Shown here in pieces: positions 9,071 through 22,885 of a DNA stretch of 64,000 nucleotides (the stretch's first letter is position 1; each line of letters begins with the position of its first letter). Source of the stretch: Candidatus Omnitrophota bacterium (GTDB lineage Bacteria; Omnitrophota; Gorgyraeia; Zapsychrales; JAHFFX01). The notes below the pieces were generated by a model. The model was not told the origin of the DNA. It was given only the letters and a program-made list of their open reading frames with translations, and did not search any database. A program made the translations under genes and the position numbers. The stretch is from positions 5,089 through 69,088 of the forward strand of contig JAHFFW010000011.1 of the NCBI GenBank assembly GCA_023247725.1. The letters run 5' to 3'.

Positions 9071-12000
9071 ATGACCAAAAAGACGTTTAGAGACTTCAGC
9101 AAATTTCCCGACAATTTCGAATTGCCGCAGCTGTTGGATATCCAGGTCGAATCCTATGTGAATTTTCTTCAGCGCAAGGTCCCTCCGGAGAAACGCGCGG
9201 ATGTCGGACTCGAAGAGGTTTTTCGGGAAGTCTTTCCTTTGGAAAGCTACGATGGCCAGATCCGTATGGAATACATCAGTTTCAATCTTGGCAAGGAGAA
9301 ATATTCCTGCTATGAATGCCAGCGCCGGGGAATGACTTATTCCGCCCCCTTGAAGGTCAAGCTGCGTTTGATCACGCCGGTCGATATCAAAGAGCAGGAA
9401 GTGTATTTTGGGGATTTTCCGCTCATGACCGAAACCGGCACCTTCATCATCAACGGCGATGAACGGGTCGTGGTCTCGCAAATCCAGCGTCCTCCGGGCG
9501 TGTCTTTCGAAGAAGAGCTTCATCCGACGGGAAAAAGCATTTACCACGGGCGGATCATCCCTTCGCGCGGGGCGTGGTTTGAAATCAAATATGATTTGAA
9601 CGACATCCTGCTCGCTTATATTGACCGCCGCCGCAATTTTCCCGCCACCCAAATCCTGCGTATCATGGGTCTTTCCAATCATGAAGACATGCAGAAGATG
9701 CTTGGCGATGACTTTGCCAAATTAAAGCCAACTCTCGATAAAGACCACACGAATAACAAAGAAGAAGCCTTGCTCGATTTTTATCGCAAGATGCGGCCGA
9801 CCGAACCCGCAACCGTCGAGGTGGCCGATAATCTCTTTTTCCGTTTATTTTTTGATCCCAAGCGTTACGATTTGAGCAAAGTGGGCCGGCACATCATCAA
9901 TCGGAAGCTGAATACGGATGTTTCGATGGATAACCGCGTGCTTGATATCAAGACCGTTATTGCGGTTATCCGTTACCTCGTGGGTTTGCGGGAGGGCCGC
10001 GGAGAAACCGATGATATTGATCACTTAGGGAACCGCCGCATCAAGACCGTCGGAGAATTGGTTCAAAATCAGGTGCGCATTGGCCTGGCGAGATTGGAAC
10101 GCTCGATCAAGGAACGTTTGGTCGTCATGAGTTCATTCGAAAATCTCACCGCTCATCACCTCATCAATTCTCGTCTTTTTAGTAATCAGATTCAAGATTT
10201 CTTCGCTCGCAGCCAATTATCGCAATTCATGGATCAAGTCAATCCTTTGGCAGAGATGACTCACAAACGCCGGTTGAGTGCGTTAGGTCCCGGTGGGCTG
10301 TCCAGAGAAAGGGCCGGCTTTGAAGTCCGCGACGTTCATCCGACCCATTATGGCCGGGTTTGTCCGATTGAAACACCGGAGGGTCCGAACATTGGCCTGA
10401 TTGCGTCATTGACGACCTGTGCGCGGGTCAATGAATTAGGGTTTATCGAAACGCCCTATCGAAAGGTCGTCGATGGCAAGGTCTCCCGGAAAACCGAATA
10501 CCTGACCGCGGATGTTGATCAGGATAAGTACATTGCCCAGGCGAACGCCACTCTCGATAAGGAAGGATATTTCCAGGAAAAAGAAATTGCCTGCCGTTTT
10601 CGGACGGACTTCCCGAAGATGAAGCCGGATAAAGTTGAGTATATGGATGTTTCGCCCAAACAGCTGGTTTCGGTCGCGGCGTCCTTGATTCCATTCCTCG
10701 AGCACGACGATGCCAATCGCGCCCTCATGGGATCCAACATGCAGCGCCAGGCCGTGCCCTTAATGGTGACGGAGGTTCCCTTTGTTGGAACCGGTATGGA
10801 GGGCAAGGTGGCCAAGGATTCCGGAGTGGTGGTTGTGGCCACCGAATCCGGCCGCGTGAATAAAGTCGACGCCCGCGAGATTATGATTGGCAAAAAGGTT
10901 TATCCGTTAAAGAATTTTTTGAGATCGAATGCCAATACCTGTGTCAATCAGAAACCGCTGGTGAATGGCGGCGATTACGTGGAAGCCGGGCAGATCATTG
11001 CCGACGGGATTGGGACCAAGGATGGCCGGTTATCCCTGGGACGAAATGTGCTGGTCGCGTTTATGCCCTGGCGCGGATATAACTTTGAAGATGCTATTCT
11101 CATTAGCGAGAGGATTGTCCGCGAAGATAAATTCACTTCGATTCATATCGAGAAGTTTGAAGTCGAGGCCCGCGAAACCCGTCTGGGGAACGAAGAAATC
11201 ACCCGCGATATTCCCAATGTCAGTGAAGATGCCTTAAAGGATCTGACCGAGGATGGGATTGTCAGAATCGGGGCGGAGGTCAAATCCGGTGATATCCTCG
11301 TCGGCAAAGTAACGCCCAAGAGCGAAAAAGAACTTTCACCGGAAGAGCGGCTCCTGCGCGCCATCTTCGGCGAAAAAGCGGCGGACATCCGCGATACTTC
11401 GCTGACTCTGCCTCCCGGAATCGAAGGCGTGGTCGTCAATGTCGAGGTCTTTCAGCGCATTGAGCGGGGCCGCAAGTCGAAGGAAGATAAAACCAAAGAA
11501 TTGCAAACGATCCATAAGATCAAAGAATATTACAAGCAGGAGATCGAGTTCATTGAAACCGAGAAGGAACGAAAACTTTCCAAGCTCCTCGGTGTCGATC
11601 GAAAAAAATTCGCGAAGATGGGACCCGATGAGTATTCCGGCAATGAAACCGTTCGCGAGACTCTGGAATTCTTTAATGACAAAATCAAAGAACTCGTCGA
11701 AGAAGAAGAGCAGGAGATTGACCGGCTCAAGCGCGGGGATGAATTGCCCGCGGGCGTTCTAAAGCGTGTGGTCGTTTACGTTGCCACGAAACGAAAGCTA
11801 TCCGAAGGCGACAAAATGGCCGGTCGACATGGAAATAAGGGCGTGGTCGCGCGCATCCTGCCGGAAGAGGACATGCCCTTTTTGGCGGATGGCACTTCCG
11901 TCGAGGTGGTTTTGAATCCCCTGGGTGTTCCTTCCCGTATGAATGTTGGTCAACTCCTGGAAACTCATTTGGGTTGGGCGGTGAAGACCCTGGGCTTTTA

Positions 12001-12574
12001 CGCCGAGACCCCGGTCTTTAACGGCGCCACCGAAGCCGAGATCCGCGATTTGTTGAAGGAGGCGCAATTACCAGAAGAGGGCAAGGCGGTCGTCTACGAC
12101 GGACACACCGGAATTCCCTTTGATCAAAAAGTGACGGTGGGATATATCTACATGTTGAAGTTGATCCATTTGGTCGACGAAAAAATTCATGCCCGTTCGA
12201 TTGGACCTTATTCTTTAGTGACCCAGCAGCCTCTGGGTGGTAAAGCTCATTTCGGCGGACAGCGATTTGGCGAAATGGAGGTCTGGGCCCTGGAGGCATA
12301 CGGGGCTGCCTATACGCTGCAGGAAATGCTAACGGTTAAAAGCGATGACGTGACTGGGCGCAGCCGGATTTACGAAGCCATTGTCAAAGGCGAACAAAAA
12401 CTTTCGCCCGGAACTCCCGAGTCATTCAATGTTTTGGTCAAGGAGTTGCAAGGGCTTTGTCTGGATATCAAACTGGAAAAAGGTGACAAAGGCGCCGGTC
12501 ATTCGGAAAAAGGCCCGGTTGAAGGCGGAGAGTTGAAAATTTTTGAAGATGCCAAAAAGGAAAAGAAATCTTAA
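9071..12574 (+). CDS. rpoB: RNA polymerase beta subunit
   Basis: [36 protein letters not shown]. Confidence 0.99.
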   Translation: MTKKTFRDFSKFPDNFELPQLLDIQVESYVNFLQRKVPPEKRADVGLEEVFREVFPLESYDGQIRMEYISFNLGKEKYSCYECQRRGMTYSAPLKVKLRLITPVDIKEQEVYFGDFPLMTETGTFIINGDERVVVSQIQRPPGVSFEEELHPTGKSIYHGRIIPSRGAWFEIKYDLNDILLAYIDRRRNFPATQILRIMGLSNHEDMQKMLGDDFAKLKPTLDKDHTNNKEEALLDFYRKMRPTEPATVEVADNLFFRLFFDPKRYDLSKVGRHIINRKLNTDVSMDNRVLDIKTVIAVIRYLVGLREGRGETDDIDHLGNRRIKTVGELVQNQVRIGLARLERSIKERLVVMSSFENLTAHHLINSRLFSNQIQDFFARSQLSQFMDQVNPLAEMTHKRRLSALGPGGLSRERAGFEVRDVHPTHYGRVCPIETPEGPNIGLIASLTTCARVNELGFIETPYRKVVDGKVSRKTEYLTADVDQDKYIAQANATLDKEGYFQEKEIACRFRTDFPKMKPDKVEYMDVSPKQLVSVAASLIPFLEHDDANRALMGSNMQRQAVPLMVTEVPFVGTGMEGKVAKDSGVVVVATESGRVNKVDAREIMIGKKVYPLKNFLRSNANTCVNQKPLVNGGDYVEAGQIIADGIGTKDGRLSLGRNVLVAFMPWRGYNFEDAILISERIVREDKFTSIHIEKFEVEARETRLGNEEITRDIPNVSEDALKDLTEDGIVRIGAEVKSGDILVGKVTPKSEKELSPEERLLRAIFGEKAADIRDTSLTLPPGIEGVVVNVEVFQRIERGRKSKEDKTKELQTIHKIKEYYKQEIEFIETEKERKLSKLLGVDRKKFAKMGPDEYSGNETVRETLEFFNDKIKELVEEEEQEIDRLKRGDELPAGVLKRVVVYVATKRKLSEGDKMAGRHGNKGVVARILPEEDMPFLADGTSVEVVLNPLGVPSRMNVGQLLETHLGWAVKTLGFYAETPVFNGATEAEIRDLLKEAQLPEEGKAVVYDGHTGIPFDQKVTVGYIYMLKLIHLVDEKIHARSIGPYSLVTQQPLGGKAHFGGQRFGEMEVWALEAYGAAYTLQEMLTVKSDDVTGRSRIYEAIVKGEQKLSPGTPESFNVLVKELQGLCLDIKLEKGDKGAGHSEKGPVEGGELKIFEDAKKEKKS

Positions 12575-12580
12575 AAGCCT

Positions 12581-15500
12581 ATGAATGAAATTCCTAAAGG
12601 ACAAGACAGAATCACGATCAAGATTGCTTCCCCGCAGGTCATCCGTTCCTGGTCGCACGGCGTGGTGAAAAAAGCCGAAACCCTCAACTACCGCACCTTA
12701 AAACCGGAAAAGGACGGTCTGTTTTGCGAAAAGATTTTCGGACCGGTCCGGGATTGGGAATGCAATTGCGGGAAATATAAGGGAATTAAGTTTAAAGGGA
12801 TCACGTGTGATCGCTGCGGGGTTTTGGTCACTCGCTCGTCGGTGCGAAGAGAGCGGATGGGGCATATTGAACTGGCCTGTCCCGTGACTCATATCTGGTT
12901 CTATAAAGCGGTTCCCAGCCGTTTGTCGGCGCTGCTGCAGGTGACTCTGCGGGATTTGGAAAAATTGATTTATTACGAAGAGTATGTCGTCATCGATCCC
13001 GGTGAGACCCCTTTCAAAAAGAAGGAATTTCTTTCCGAAGACAAATATCAGGAAGCGATGATCAAATATGGGGGCGCTTTCAAGGCCAAGATCGGCGCCG
13101 ATGCGGTACGCGAATTTTTAAAAGAAATTGAACTGCCGTCCTTGTGCAAGCGGCTGCGCAAGGACTTGGAAAAAGCCAACCCCGCCGGCACCAACGCGAA
13201 AAAAATTGCCAAGACGCTCAAGATCGCCGAGGATTTTCGCAATTCCGGAAATTCGGCGGAGTGGATGGTCCTGGAGGTTCTGCCGGTCATTCCGCCGGAT
13301 TTAAGACCGCTCGTTCCGCTGGAAGGCGGCCGTTTTGCCACCTCGGACTTGAATGATCTTTACCGTCGGGTGATTAATCGCAACAACCGTTTGAAAAAGC
13401 TTTTGGATTTGAAAGCCCCTGAGATCATCATCCGTAACGAAAAAAGGATGCTGCAGGAAGCCGTGGATGCCTTGCTGGATAACGGCCGGCACGGCCGCCC
13501 GGTCTTGGGGTCGGGAAATCGCCCACTCAAATCCTTGTCCGACATGCTCAAGGGTAAACAGGGGCGCTTCCGTATGAATCTTTTGGGAAAACGCGTGGAT
13601 TATTCCGGACGGTCGGTCATTGTCGTCGGGCCGGATTTGAAATTGCATCAATGCGGTCTGCCCAAAAAGATGGCCCTGGAACTTTTCGAACCCTTCATCA
13701 TCCGAAAACTCCGGGAAAAAGGATTCGTCCACACGATCAAGGGCGCCAAACGAATGGTGGAGCGCGCCAAGATCGAGGTTTGGGATATCCTGGACGAAGT
13801 GATTCAGGATCATCCCATCATGCTCAACCGCGCCCCGACGCTGCACCGGTTAAGTATTCAGGCCTTCCAGCCGGTTCTCATCGAAGGCAAGGCCATCAAA
13901 CTCCATCCATTGGTTTGCGCGGCCTTTAACGCTGACTTCGACGGTGATCAGATGGCCGTTCATGTGCCTTTGTCCTTGGAAGCCCAAATCGAATGTCGTC
14001 TGCAGTTATTGTCGATCAATAACATTTTCTCGCCGGCGGATGGCCGTCCGCTCATCGCGCCGACCCAGGATATTGTTCTGGGTCTTTATTATTTGACCAA
14101 AGATCGGCCCGATGGAAAGGGTCAGGGCATGCTCTTTGGCAGTCGCAAGGAGGTCTTGATTGCGTTTTACGATGGATTATTGGAACTTCATAGCCGGATC
14201 AAATTGAAGCAGAGTCAAGGTGTCTGGGGAGAAGAAAAGCCTTCGCTCGTCATTTCCAAACAGGCCATTTCTTCGGCGGAATCAAAGGCCGAATCCGGAC
14301 CGGTCATCGAAACCACGGTGGGCCGGGTCATGCTCAATGAAATCCTTCCCCCCAATTTCGGTTATGTGAATGAAACGATGGACAAGAAGAAGGTCGGCGC
14401 TGTCATTTCAGATTGTTACAAACGATTTGGCCAGCACCAAACCGTTCTGCTTTTGGATGCCTTAAAGGAATTGGGTTTTAATTCGGCGACACTCGCCGGG
14501 ATCTCCATTTCCATCGCCGATTTGACGATCCCGCAAGAAAAAGAAGGCGCGATTAAGGTGGCCAAGCAAGAAGTGGCCAAGGTGGAAGACCAATACCGCA
14601 AAGGGATCATCACTGGCCGCGAGCGCTATAACAAAATCATCGACGTGTGGACTCATACGACGGAAGCCCTGTCCGATATGGTGTTCAAACAGATGGACAG
14701 TTTTAATCCGGTTTTTATCATGGCCGATTCGGGCGCACGTGGTTCGCGTCTGCAGATTCGCCAGCTTTCGGGGATGCGGGGCCTCATGGCCAAACCTTCC
14801 GGTGAAATCATTGAGAGTCCCATCACGGCGAGTTTTCGCGAAGGCTTGACCGTTTTGGAGTACTTTATCTCCACCCACGGCGCGCGTAAGGGTCTGGCGG
14901 ACACCGCGCTCAAAACCGCGGATGCCGGTTACCTGACCCGGCGTCTGGTCGACGTCGCTCAGGAAATCGTCATCAATGAACCCGATTGCGGGACCCTCAA
15001 TGGCATTACGGTCTCCGCGATTGTCGAAGGAGATGAGGTCGTCGTCAGTTTAAAGGAGCGGATCGTTGGGCGGGTTGCGCTAGACAGCATTGTGGATGTC
15101 GTCACCGATCAACAGGTCGTCGAGGCAGGAGAGCAAATTACGGAAGAAAAAGCGGACGTCATTGAGCAGTTAGGGATTGAGAAAGTCCGGATTCGCAGCG
15201 TTTTGACCTGCGAATCCAACCGGGGAGTCTGCATCCGCTGTTATGGCCGTAATCTCGCCACCCAGCGAATGGTCGAGATCGGCGAAGCGGTAGGGACGAT
15301 CGCCGCCCAGTCTATTGGCGAACCCGGAACTCAACTGACCATGCGGACATTTCATATCGGGGGTACGGCCAGCCGTACCATCGAGCAATCCTATTTGCGC
15401 GCCAAAAATAAAGGGACGCTCAAGTATCACCAGCTGCGCGTGGTGGAAAAAGACAAGCAGTTTATTGTCCTCAACCGCAATGGCTCGATCAGCATCAACA

Positions 15501-16648
15501 ATGAGTTCGGCCGGGAATTCGAACGTTACCAGCTTCCGCAGGGCGCCACGATCAAGACTGCCGACGCAGGCAATGTGGACAAAGACGAAATCTTTGTGAC
15601 CTGGGATCCTTACACGATTCCCATCATCACCGAAGTTAAGGGAACCGTCAATTTTGAAGACCTCAAAGAGGACGTCACCGTCCGGGAAGAACAAAATCCC
15701 GTGACGGGAATCACCGAACGCGTTGTGGTCGAGCATAAACAGGAATTTCACCCGCAAATCATCATCACCGATGATAAACAGGAAGTGGTGGGAATTTATT
15801 CCATTCCCGTCGGGGCTCACATCCTCGTGCGCGACCGGCAAATGGTGAGCGCGGGAGAGCTCGTTGCCAAGATCCCTCGCGGCGCCGGCAAGACCCGCGA
15901 CATCACCGGTGGTCTTCCGCGCGTGGCCGAATTATTTGAAGCCCGCCGGCCCAAGGATCCGGCGGTTATTAGTGAAATCGATGGTTTTGTTGAATTCGGC
16001 GAAGACCGCAAGGGTTTGCGGACGATCGTTGTCAAGAATACGGCGACGGAGATGACCAAGGAATATACGATTCCACATGGCAAACACCCCAATGTTTATA
16101 AAGGGGATCGCGTCTTTGCCGGACAACAGTTGACCGAAGGTCCCGTCGTGCCTCAGGACATTCTGCGGGTTTGCGGGGATAAGGTTTTGCAAGAGTATCT
16201 TCTCAATGAAATCCAGGAAGTCTACCGTTTGCAGGGTGTGCGGATCAATGACAAGCACATCGAGCTCATCATTTCCCAGATGCTCAAGAAGGTCAAAATC
16301 GATGAATCCGGCGATACGGAATTCTTGATTGGAGAACAGATTGATAAGGTGGCCTTTCGTAAGGCAAACCAGGAAGTGCTCAAGAAAAAGGGAAAACCGG
16401 CCAAGGCGACTCCCCAATTATTGGGAATCACCAAGGTTTCTCTAACGACCGAAAGTTTTATCTCTGCGGCGAGCTTTCAAGAAACGACAAGAGTCTTGAC
16501 AGAAGCAGCGGCCTCGGGTAAAATCGACTTTTTACGCGGACTCAAAGAAAACGTTATTGTGGGGCATTTGATCCCCGCCGGGACGGGTTTGCAAAATATG
16601 GAAAAAATCGACTTGGTAAAATATGCCGACAATCCAACAACTCATTAG
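12581..16648 (+). CDS. rpoC: RNA polymerase beta' subunit
   Basis: NADFDGD, N-terminal zinc ribbon, trigger loop MRTFH. Confidence 0.99.
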   Translation: MNEIPKGQDRITIKIASPQVIRSWSHGVVKKAETLNYRTLKPEKDGLFCEKIFGPVRDWECNCGKYKGIKFKGITCDRCGVLVTRSSVRRERMGHIELACPVTHIWFYKAVPSRLSALLQVTLRDLEKLIYYEEYVVIDPGETPFKKKEFLSEDKYQEAMIKYGGAFKAKIGADAVREFLKEIELPSLCKRLRKDLEKANPAGTNAKKIAKTLKIAEDFRNSGNSAEWMVLEVLPVIPPDLRPLVPLEGGRFATSDLNDLYRRVINRNNRLKKLLDLKAPEIIIRNEKRMLQEAVDALLDNGRHGRPVLGSGNRPLKSLSDMLKGKQGRFRMNLLGKRVDYSGRSVIVVGPDLKLHQCGLPKKMALELFEPFIIRKLREKGFVHTIKGAKRMVERAKIEVWDILDEVIQDHPIMLNRAPTLHRLSIQAFQPVLIEGKAIKLHPLVCAAFNADFDGDQMAVHVPLSLEAQIECRLQLLSINNIFSPADGRPLIAPTQDIVLGLYYLTKDRPDGKGQGMLFGSRKEVLIAFYDGLLELHSRIKLKQSQGVWGEEKPSLVISKQAISSAESKAESGPVIETTVGRVMLNEILPPNFGYVNETMDKKKVGAVISDCYKRFGQHQTVLLLDALKELGFNSATLAGISISIADLTIPQEKEGAIKVAKQEVAKVEDQYRKGIITGRERYNKIIDVWTHTTEALSDMVFKQMDSFNPVFIMADSGARGSRLQIRQLSGMRGLMAKPSGEIIESPITASFREGLTVLEYFISTHGARKGLADTALKTADAGYLTRRLVDVAQEIVINEPDCGTLNGITVSAIVEGDEVVVSLKERIVGRVALDSIVDVVTDQQVVEAGEQITEEKADVIEQLGIEKVRIRSVLTCESNRGVCIRCYGRNLATQRMVEIGEAVGTIAAQSIGEPGTQLTMRTFHIGGTASRTIEQSYLRAKNKGTLKYHQLRVVEKDKQFIVLNRNGSISINNEFGREFERYQLPQGATIKTADAGNVDKDEIFVTWDPYTIPIITEVKGTVNFEDLKEDVTVREEQNPVTGITERVVVEHKQEFHPQIIITDDKQEVVGIYSIPVGAHILVRDRQMVSAGELVAKIPRGAGKTRDITGGLPRVAELFEARRPKDPAVISEIDGFVEFGEDRKGLRTIVVKNTATEMTKEYTIPHGKHPNVYKGDRVFAGQQLTEGPVVPQDILRVCGDKVLQEYLLNEIQEVYRLQGVRINDKHIELIISQMLKKVKIDESGDTEFLIGEQIDKVAFRKANQEVLKKKGKPAKATPQLLGITKVSLTTESFISAASFQETTRVLTEAAASGKIDFLRGLKENVIVGHLIPAGTGLQNMEKIDLVKYADNPTTH

Positions 16649-16994
16649 AATCCAAAGAAATCTCAAGAAGAAGAAAAGTAAATCGCCGGCCTTGACCAAT
16701 TGTCCTCAGCGCCGCGGCGTTTGTCTGCAGGTCAGGACCATGACGCCGAAAAAACCAAACTCGGCCTTGCGTAAAATCGCGCGCGTCCGTTTGTCAAACG
16801 GCGTCGAGGTTACCTCTTACATCCCCGGAGAAGGACACAATTTGCAGGAACACTCGATTGTGCTGGTGCGCGGTGGCAGGGTCAAGGATCTTCCGGGTGT
16901 ACGTTATCATATTGTGCGTGGCACCCTGGACACCGCTGGCGTGGCCAAGCGGAAAAAATCCCGATCCAAATACGGAGCCAAGAGAGAAGAGTAA
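16623..16994 (+). CDS. rpsL: 30S ribosomal protein S12
   Basis: [21 protein letters not shown]. Confidence 0.99.
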   Translation: MPTIQQLIRIQRNLKKKKSKSPALTNCPQRRGVCLQVRTMTPKKPNSALRKIARVRLSNGVEVTSYIPGEGHNLQEHSIVLVRGGRVKDLPGVRYHIVRGTLDTAGVAKRKKSRSKYGAKREE

Positions 16995-17464
16995 TGCGTC
17001 GACGAACTGCCGATAAAAGAATCGTCCGTCTGGACCCTAAATACAGTAGCCCCATGGTCACCCGTTTTGTCAACATCGTCATGACGCACGGTCAGAAGGC
17101 GGTCGCGGAAAGAATCGTTTATGGGGCTTTGGATATCCTCGTGCAAAAAACTTCGGAAGACAGCCCGATCAAGGTTTTGAATAAAGTGATGGATAATGTC
17201 CGGCCCCGGCTTGAGGTCAAACCCCGTCGGGTCGGCGGTGCAACCTATCAGGTCCCCGTCGAGGTCAGCGTTCCGCGGGGGAATTCCTTAGCCATGCGTT
17301 GGCTGAGGGATTTCGCCCGGACCAAAAAAGGAAAACCCATGAAGGTCAAGTTGGCGGATGAACTGATGATGGCTTACAAGGGAGAAGGTTCAGCGATTAA
17401 GAAACGGGATGAAACGCACAAAATGGCGGAAGCCAATAAGGCCTTCAGCCACTTAAGATGGTAA
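16994..17464 (+). CDS. rpsG: 30S ribosomal protein S7
   Basis: [21 protein letters not shown]. Confidence 0.98.
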   Translation: MRRRTADKRIVRLDPKYSSPMVTRFVNIVMTHGQKAVAERIVYGALDILVQKTSEDSPIKVLNKVMDNVRPRLEVKPRRVGGATYQVPVEVSVPRGNSLAMRWLRDFARTKKGKPMKVKLADELMMAYKGEGSAIKKRDETHKMAEANKAFSHLRW

Positions 17465-17471
17465 CAGGACA

Positions 17472-19574
17472 ATGGCCAAAGCCGCACCCTTAGAAAAATA
17501 TCGCAATATCGGGATCATCGCGCATATCGACGCGGGTAAAACCACCACGACCGAGCGGATTCTTTTTTACACCGGCGTCATCCATAAAATGGGAACCGTC
17601 GACGAAGGCAACACCACAACCGACTGGATGCCCCAGGAGAAAGAACGCGGGATCACGATCACCGCCGCCAATACGACGTGCTTCTGGAAAGATTGTAAGA
17701 TCAATATCATCGATACCCCCGGCCACGTGGATTTCACCGTTGAGGTCGAACGTTCGTTAAAGGTGCTCGACGGAGCTGTCGTCGTTTTATGCGGTTGTAG
17801 CGGGGTTCAGCCCCAAACGGAGACCGTCTGGAGACAGGCGGACCGTTACCATGTCCCGCGCATCGCTTTCATCAATAAAATGGACCGCATGGGCGCCAAC
17901 TTTGATCGGGTGATCGGCGAAATGCATGAACGTCTGGGTGCCAATGCGGTTGCCATTCAAATGCCCGTCGGAGCTGAGGACAGTTTTCGCGCGATCATTG
18001 ATGTCATTAACGAAAAACAAATCACTTATAGTGACGCCGAAGGCGTGGATTTGGTCCGTTCGCAGGTCCCCGAGGAATTTAAAGAGCAGGCCAAAACGTA
18101 TCGGCATCAGTTGATTGAGCGTCTGGCCGAAGTCGACGACCAGATGATGGAGATTTTTTTAGGCGAGAGAGAACCAGCCATTCCCGAGATTATGGCGGCC
18201 ATCCGACGAGCAGTTCTCGCCAATAAATTTGTTCCGGTTCTTTGCGGTTCGTCGTTAAGGAATAAGGGCGTCCAGATGGTATTGGATGCCGTCACGGATT
18301 TTCTGCCTTCCCCTCTCGATGTCCCTCCCATTAAAGGGATTAATCCCCAAAATAAGAATAACGAACCAGCCGAACGGCCCGCCTCCGCGGAGGCTCCTTT
18401 TAGTGCGCTTGTTTTCAAAATCATGTCTGATCCTTATGTGGGAAAATTATTTTTTACCCGTATTTATTCCGGAAAACTCAATTCCGGCACCCAGGCTTAC
18501 AATTCCACCAAAAAGCTCAAAGAAAAAATTTCCAAAGTCGTCGTCATGCATGCGAATAAGCAGGAGATTGTGGATTCGGCATCCGCCGGCGAGATCGTCG
18601 CGTTGGTCGGTTTGAAGGAAAGTAAGACCGGCGACACCCTCTGCGATGAGGCGAATCCGATTGTGATTGAAAGCATGCGGCTTCCTGAACCGGTTGTGTC
18701 CATGGCCATTGAACCAAAATCCAAGGCGGATCAAGACAAGATGGGTCTCATTTTAAAGAAATTTTTGGACGAAGACCCGTCGCTCAAGGTCAAATACGAC
18801 CACGAAACCGCCGAAACGATCATATCGGGCATGGGCGAATTGCACCTGGAAATCATCATTGACCGGATGAAGCGCGAGAATAACCTGGAAACCAATATCG
18901 GTCGTCCTCAGGTCGCTTATAAGGAAACTATTTGCAACCGGGTCTCCGGAGTGGTCGGGAAATTTATTTCGCAGACCGGCGGCCGCGGTCAGTATGGCCA
19001 CGTGGTTATTGACGTTGAACCGGCCGAAGAAAAGGGGAAAGGGGTTGTCTTTGTGAATAAAATCAAAGGCGGCTCCATTCCGCGGGAATTTATTAAACCC
19101 TGTGAAGAAGGGGTGATTACGGCAAGCCAGAATGGAATCCTCGCTGGATATCCGGTCACGGATTTGACGGTCACGTTGATTGACGGGTCCTATCACGAGG
19201 TTGATTCAAGCGAGCTGGCTTTCAAACTGGCGGCCAAATATGCCTTGCATGATGCCCTGCGCATGGGCAAATCCAAATTTATGGAACCCATCATGGACAT
19301 CGAGATTGTCACCCCGGATGATTACTGGGGTCAGGTCATTGGGGACTTAAACACCCGTCGGGCCAAAATGATTTCGACCGGGCAGCGCGGCAAGCTCAAG
19401 ACCGCCCGGTTGGAGGTTCCTTTGGCTGAGATGTTCAATTATGTAAACGCCCTGCGATCGCTTTCGCAAGGGCGCGCCACATTTTCCATGGAGCCGGCGT
19501 TCTATGCCGATGTCCCGAATCATATTGCGGAAAAAATTATTGGCATGAAGACGGAAACGGCGCAAAAAAAATAA
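17472..19574 (+). CDS. fusA: Elongation factor G
   Basis: [30 protein letters not shown]. Confidence 0.98.
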   Translation: MAKAAPLEKYRNIGIIAHIDAGKTTTTERILFYTGVIHKMGTVDEGNTTTDWMPQEKERGITITAANTTCFWKDCKINIIDTPGHVDFTVEVERSLKVLDGAVVVLCGCSGVQPQTETVWRQADRYHVPRIAFINKMDRMGANFDRVIGEMHERLGANAVAIQMPVGAEDSFRAIIDVINEKQITYSDAEGVDLVRSQVPEEFKEQAKTYRHQLIERLAEVDDQMMEIFLGEREPAIPEIMAAIRRAVLANKFVPVLCGSSLRNKGVQMVLDAVTDFLPSPLDVPPIKGINPQNKNNEPAERPASAEAPFSALVFKIMSDPYVGKLFFTRIYSGKLNSGTQAYNSTKKLKEKISKVVVMHANKQEIVDSASAGEIVALVGLKESKTGDTLCDEANPIVIESMRLPEPVVSMAIEPKSKADQDKMGLILKKFLDEDPSLKVKYDHETAETIISGMGELHLEIIIDRMKRENNLETNIGRPQVAYKETICNRVSGVVGKFISQTGGRGQYGHVVIDVEPAEEKGKGVVFVNKIKGGSIPREFIKPCEEGVITASQNGILAGYPVTDLTVTLIDGSYHEVDSSELAFKLAAKYALHDALRMGKSKFMEPIMDIEIVTPDDYWGQVIGDLNTRRAKMISTGQRGKLKTARLEVPLAEMFNYVNALRSLSQGRATFSMEPAFYADVPNHIAEKIIGMKTETAQKK

Positions 19575-19628
19575 ATCAACGCTACCAGGAATTTAAAGGA
19601 GAGTAATCCAAACACGGGAGGTAATGGC

Positions 19629-20822
19629 ATGGCTAAGGAAAAATTCGTAAGAAATAAACCGCATTTGAACATCGGTACGATCGGCCACGTCGATCACGGC
19701 AAGACGACCCTGAGCGCGGCCATTACAACGGTCCTGGCGAAACAGGGTTTGGCCCAGGCCCGATCTTACGATTCCATTGACAATGCGCCGGAAGAGAAAG
19801 AGCGCGGGGTTACGATCAATATCTCCCACTTGGAATACGAAACCCCCAGCCGCCATTACGCTCATATCGATTGCCCCGGACACGCGGACTACATCAAAAA
19901 CATGATCACCGGCGCAGCCCAGATGGACGGCGCCATTTTGGTTGTCTCCGCCACCGACGGCCCGATGCCGCAGACGCGTGAGCACATCCTCCTCGCCCGT
20001 CAGGTCAACGTTCCGGAAATCGTGGTCTTTATGAATAAATGCGATCAGGTCGAAGATAAGGAACTTTTGGATCTGGTCGAATTGGAAATTCGCGATCTTT
20101 TGACGAAGTACAAATTCCAGGGCGACAAGACCCCTATTATTAGGGGAAGCGCCCTCGATGCCTTGAATAATCCGACCGATCCGGGCAAAACCAAACCGAT
20201 CCTGGATTTGATGAAGGCGGTCGATGAATTTATTCCTACTCCCAAAAGAGATTTGGAAAAACCGTTCTCGATGGCGGTGGAAGACGTCTTTTCCATCTCG
20301 GGTCGTGGTACGGTTGCGACCGGCCGGATCGAGCGCGGCATTTGCAAGGTGGGGGAAGAGGTTGATGTGGTTGGCCTTCGCCCGCAGGTGCAAAAAAGCG
20401 TCATCACCGGTATTGAAATGTTCCGCAAGGAACTCGACGAAGGTCAGGCCGGAGACAATGTCGGGTTGTTGTTGCGAGGCATGGATAAAAATTCGATTGA
20501 ACGCGGCATGGTTTTGGCGAAGCCGGGTTCGATCACCCCGCACACTCATTTCAAAGCGCAGATTTATGTCTTGACGAAAGAAGAAGGCGGCCGTCATACG
20601 CCGTTCTTCAAAGGGTATCGCCCGCAGTTTTATTTCCGCACGACGGATGTGACCGGAAGCGCAGAGCTTCCCAAAGGCGTTGAGATGTGCATGCCGGGCG
20701 ATAATGTGGAATTGGAAATTGAACTCATCACTCCGGTGGCGATGGAAAAGGAACTGCGCTTCGCCATCCGCGAAGGCGGCAAGACCGTCGGCGCCGGGGT
20801 TATTTCCGAGGTCATCAAGTAA
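19629..20822 (+). CDS. tuf: Elongation factor Tu
   Basis: [30 protein letters not shown]. Confidence 0.99.
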   Translation: MAKEKFVRNKPHLNIGTIGHVDHGKTTLSAAITTVLAKQGLAQARSYDSIDNAPEEKERGVTINISHLEYETPSRHYAHIDCPGHADYIKNMITGAAQMDGAILVVSATDGPMPQTREHILLARQVNVPEIVVFMNKCDQVEDKELLDLVELEIRDLLTKYKFQGDKTPIIRGSALDALNNPTDPGKTKPILDLMKAVDEFIPTPKRDLEKPFSMAVEDVFSISGRGTVATGRIERGICKVGEEVDVVGLRPQVQKSVITGIEMFRKELDEGQAGDNVGLLLRGMDKNSIERGMVLAKPGSITPHTHFKAQIYVLTKEEGGRHTPFFKGYRPQFYFRTTDVTGSAELPKGVEMCMPGDNVELEIELITPVAMEKELRFAIREGGKTVGAGVISEVIK

Positions 20823-20836
20823 GGAACGTTTCGTTC

Positions 20837-21139
20837 ATGCAGAAGATCAGAATAAAACTCAAGGCCTACGATCACCGCCTCATCGATCAATCCACTCAGG
20901 AAATTGTGGATACGGCGATTCGGACCGGTGCCCGGGTCTGCGGGCCGGTGCCTTTGCCGACAAAAAAAGAATTGTACACGGTTTTGCGTTCTCCCTTCAT
21001 CGACAAGAAATCCCGGGAACAGTTCCGTTTGGCCACGCATAAGCGGTTGATTGAATTGATTGAGCCGACGGCCAAAACCGTCGAGGCCTTAAAGAAACTC
21101 AATCTCCCCGCAGGCGTGGACGTCGAAATCAAGCAATAA
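20837..21139 (+). CDS. rpsJ: 30S ribosomal protein S10
   Basis: [17 protein letters not shown]. Confidence 0.98.
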   Translation: MQKIRIKLKAYDHRLIDQSTQEIVDTAIRTGARVCGPVPLPTKKELYTVLRSPFIDKKSREQFRLATHKRLIELIEPTAKTVEALKKLNLPAGVDVEIKQ

Positions 21140-21154
21140 TTCTTTGAAGGGCAT

Positions 21155-21865
21155 ATGATCAGCGGTCTGATCGGTAAAAAGTTGGGCATGACTCAGGTCT
21201 TTGATCGGGATGGCAATTGTATTCCGGTGACCGTCATTGAGGCCGGTCCTTGTTATGTCCTTCAAACCATCGCTTCGCCTTTGAAGGTGATGCTCGGTTA
21301 TGACCCCGTCAAAGAGACGAGGCTCAATAAACCGAAAATGGGCTTTTTTAAAAAGATTGGCGTTTCTCCTTTAGGGATGATCAAGGAATTCCGTTCCACG
21401 GACAATAAAGAATACAAAGTCGGTCAGGAAATCAAGGCCGATTTTTTTAGGGCTGGGGATTTTGTTGATGTGACCGGCACCTCCATTGGCAAAGGGTTCC
21501 AAGGTGGAATGAAAAGGTGGCATTGGTCTGGCGGACCTGCGGGCCACGGCTCCATGCATCACCGGCGGGTTGGATCGATTGGCGCCAGTTCCGATCCTTC
21601 GCGCGTTGTCAAAGGCCATCATATGCCCGGTCACATGGGGCAAGCGACAACGACCGTCCAGAGCCTCCGGGTGATCCAGGTGGATACCGATCACAATCTT
21701 CTCTTAATTAAAGGTGCGGTTCCCGGGCACAAAAACGGTTATATCACCATCCTTCGTTCCCGCAAAAAGTCCTTCAAATCTCTCGACGAACAAAAGGCCA
21801 TAGTGGTGAAAAAAAAGAATCCCATGAAACAGGCCAAGGCAAAGGCCGCCGGCAAAGGAAAATAA
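21155..21865 (+). CDS. rplC: 50S ribosomal protein L3
   Basis: [14 protein letters not shown]. Confidence 0.98.
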   Translation: MISGLIGKKLGMTQVFDRDGNCIPVTVIEAGPCYVLQTIASPLKVMLGYDPVKETRLNKPKMGFFKKIGVSPLGMIKEFRSTDNKEYKVGQEIKADFFRAGDFVDVTGTSIGKGFQGGMKRWHWSGGPAGHGSMHHRRVGSIGASSDPSRVVKGHHMPGHMGQATTTVQSLRVIQVDTDHNLLLIKGAVPGHKNGYITILRSRKKSFKSLDEQKAIVVKKKNPMKQAKAKAAGKGK

Positions 21866-21866
21866 G

Positions 21867-22493
21867 ATGTTGGAAGTTCCGGTTTTCAATATCGAAGGTG
21901 AAAAAAAGGAAACGCTCGAACTGCCGGAGACAATCTTTGGCCCCAAGGTCAATACCAATATTATTCATCAGGCGATCGTCATGTATCGAGCTTGTTTGCG
22001 TCAAGGCACGGTCAAGACCAAAGGCCGCGCCGAGGTTTCGGGCGGTGGGAAAAAACCGTTCCGGCAAAAAGGGACGGGACGGGCCCGCGCGGGTTCGATA
22101 CGCTCGCCTCTCTGGATGGGAGGCGGGGTGGTTTTTGGGCCGACGCCTAGGGATTTTCGTTATGCCATTCCGAAACAAATCAAAGTGGCCGCATTGCGGG
22201 AAAGTCTTAACGCAAAATTTCAGGATGAGGATTTGATGTTTGTTTTGGATTTGAGTATCCAATCGAAGAAGACCAAAGATTTCGTCAAGGTGCTCAATAC
22301 CTTGAAATTGGCGGGTGCCAAGACCTTGGCCCTCTGGGATGAAAAAGATGATAACGTGCTGCGAGTTTCCCGCAATATCCCGCATTTTAGTCTGATGCGT
22401 TCCAGGGATGTCAACGCCTACGATATTTTACGGACCAAGAAGGTCCTCATCACCAAATCGGCCTTTCAAACACTTTTAAAAAGAATCAAATGA
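21867..22493 (+). CDS. rplD: 50S ribosomal protein L4
   Basis: [14 protein letters not shown]. Confidence 0.98.
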   Translation: MLEVPVFNIEGEKKETLELPETIFGPKVNTNIIHQAIVMYRACLRQGTVKTKGRAEVSGGGKKPFRQKGTGRARAGSIRSPLWMGGGVVFGPTPRDFRYAIPKQIKVAALRESLNAKFQDEDLMFVLDLSIQSKKTKDFVKVLNTLKLAGAKTLALWDEKDDNVLRVSRNIPHFSLMRSRDVNAYDILRTKKVLITKSAFQTLLKRIK

Positions 22494-22768
22494 TTACGAG
22501 CTTCGATATCATCAAAACCCTCATCCGCACCGAAAAAGGCACGACCATGGAGCCCAACCGGCAGTACCTTTTTCAAGTGGCCAAACGGGCCAACAAGGTG
22601 GAAATCAAAAAGGCCGTCGAGGATATCTACAAAGTGAAGGTCCAGGATGTGCATACCATCATCATGCCGGGGAAACGCAAACGGGTCCGGCAGGAATTTG
22701 GATTTACCGACGATTGGAAAAAGGCGATTGTAACGCTCAAAGAAGGCGAAAAGATCGAGGTCACTTAA
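22490..22768 (+). CDS. rplW: 50S ribosomal protein L23
   Basis: TEK, ANKVEIKKAVE, WKKAIVTL. Confidence 0.97.
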   Translation: MITSFDIIKTLIRTEKGTTMEPNRQYLFQVAKRANKVEIKKAVEDIYKVKVQDVHTIIMPGKRKRVRQEFGFTDDWKKAIVTLKEGEKIEVT

Positions 22769-22772
22769 TATA

Positions 22773-22867
22773 GTGTCATGTGATAAGTGTCAGGTGTCAA
22801 GTGGTATGATGCCCTCGGTGCCCGACGGTGAAATACATCCTAACACATAACATTTGACACATAACAC
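22773..22867. repeat. Inverted array of heptamer repeats forming a long imperfect hairpin
   Basis: Five GTGTCAN-like units 22773-22807; four reverse-complement units 22840-22867. Confidence 0.8.
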
Positions 22868-22885
22868 AAAGCGAAAGCGTAGAAC

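Noticed and set aside
14200-14310. Extra segment in RpoC as a possible intein or element
   Set aside because: Short, no intein motifs or palindrome; lies in a variable region of beta'
19593-20597. Long antisense ORF over tuf, and similar shadow ORFs over rpoB, rpoC, rpsC, accC and dgt
   Set aside because: Expected reverse-frame shadows of conserved genes; no recognisable motifs
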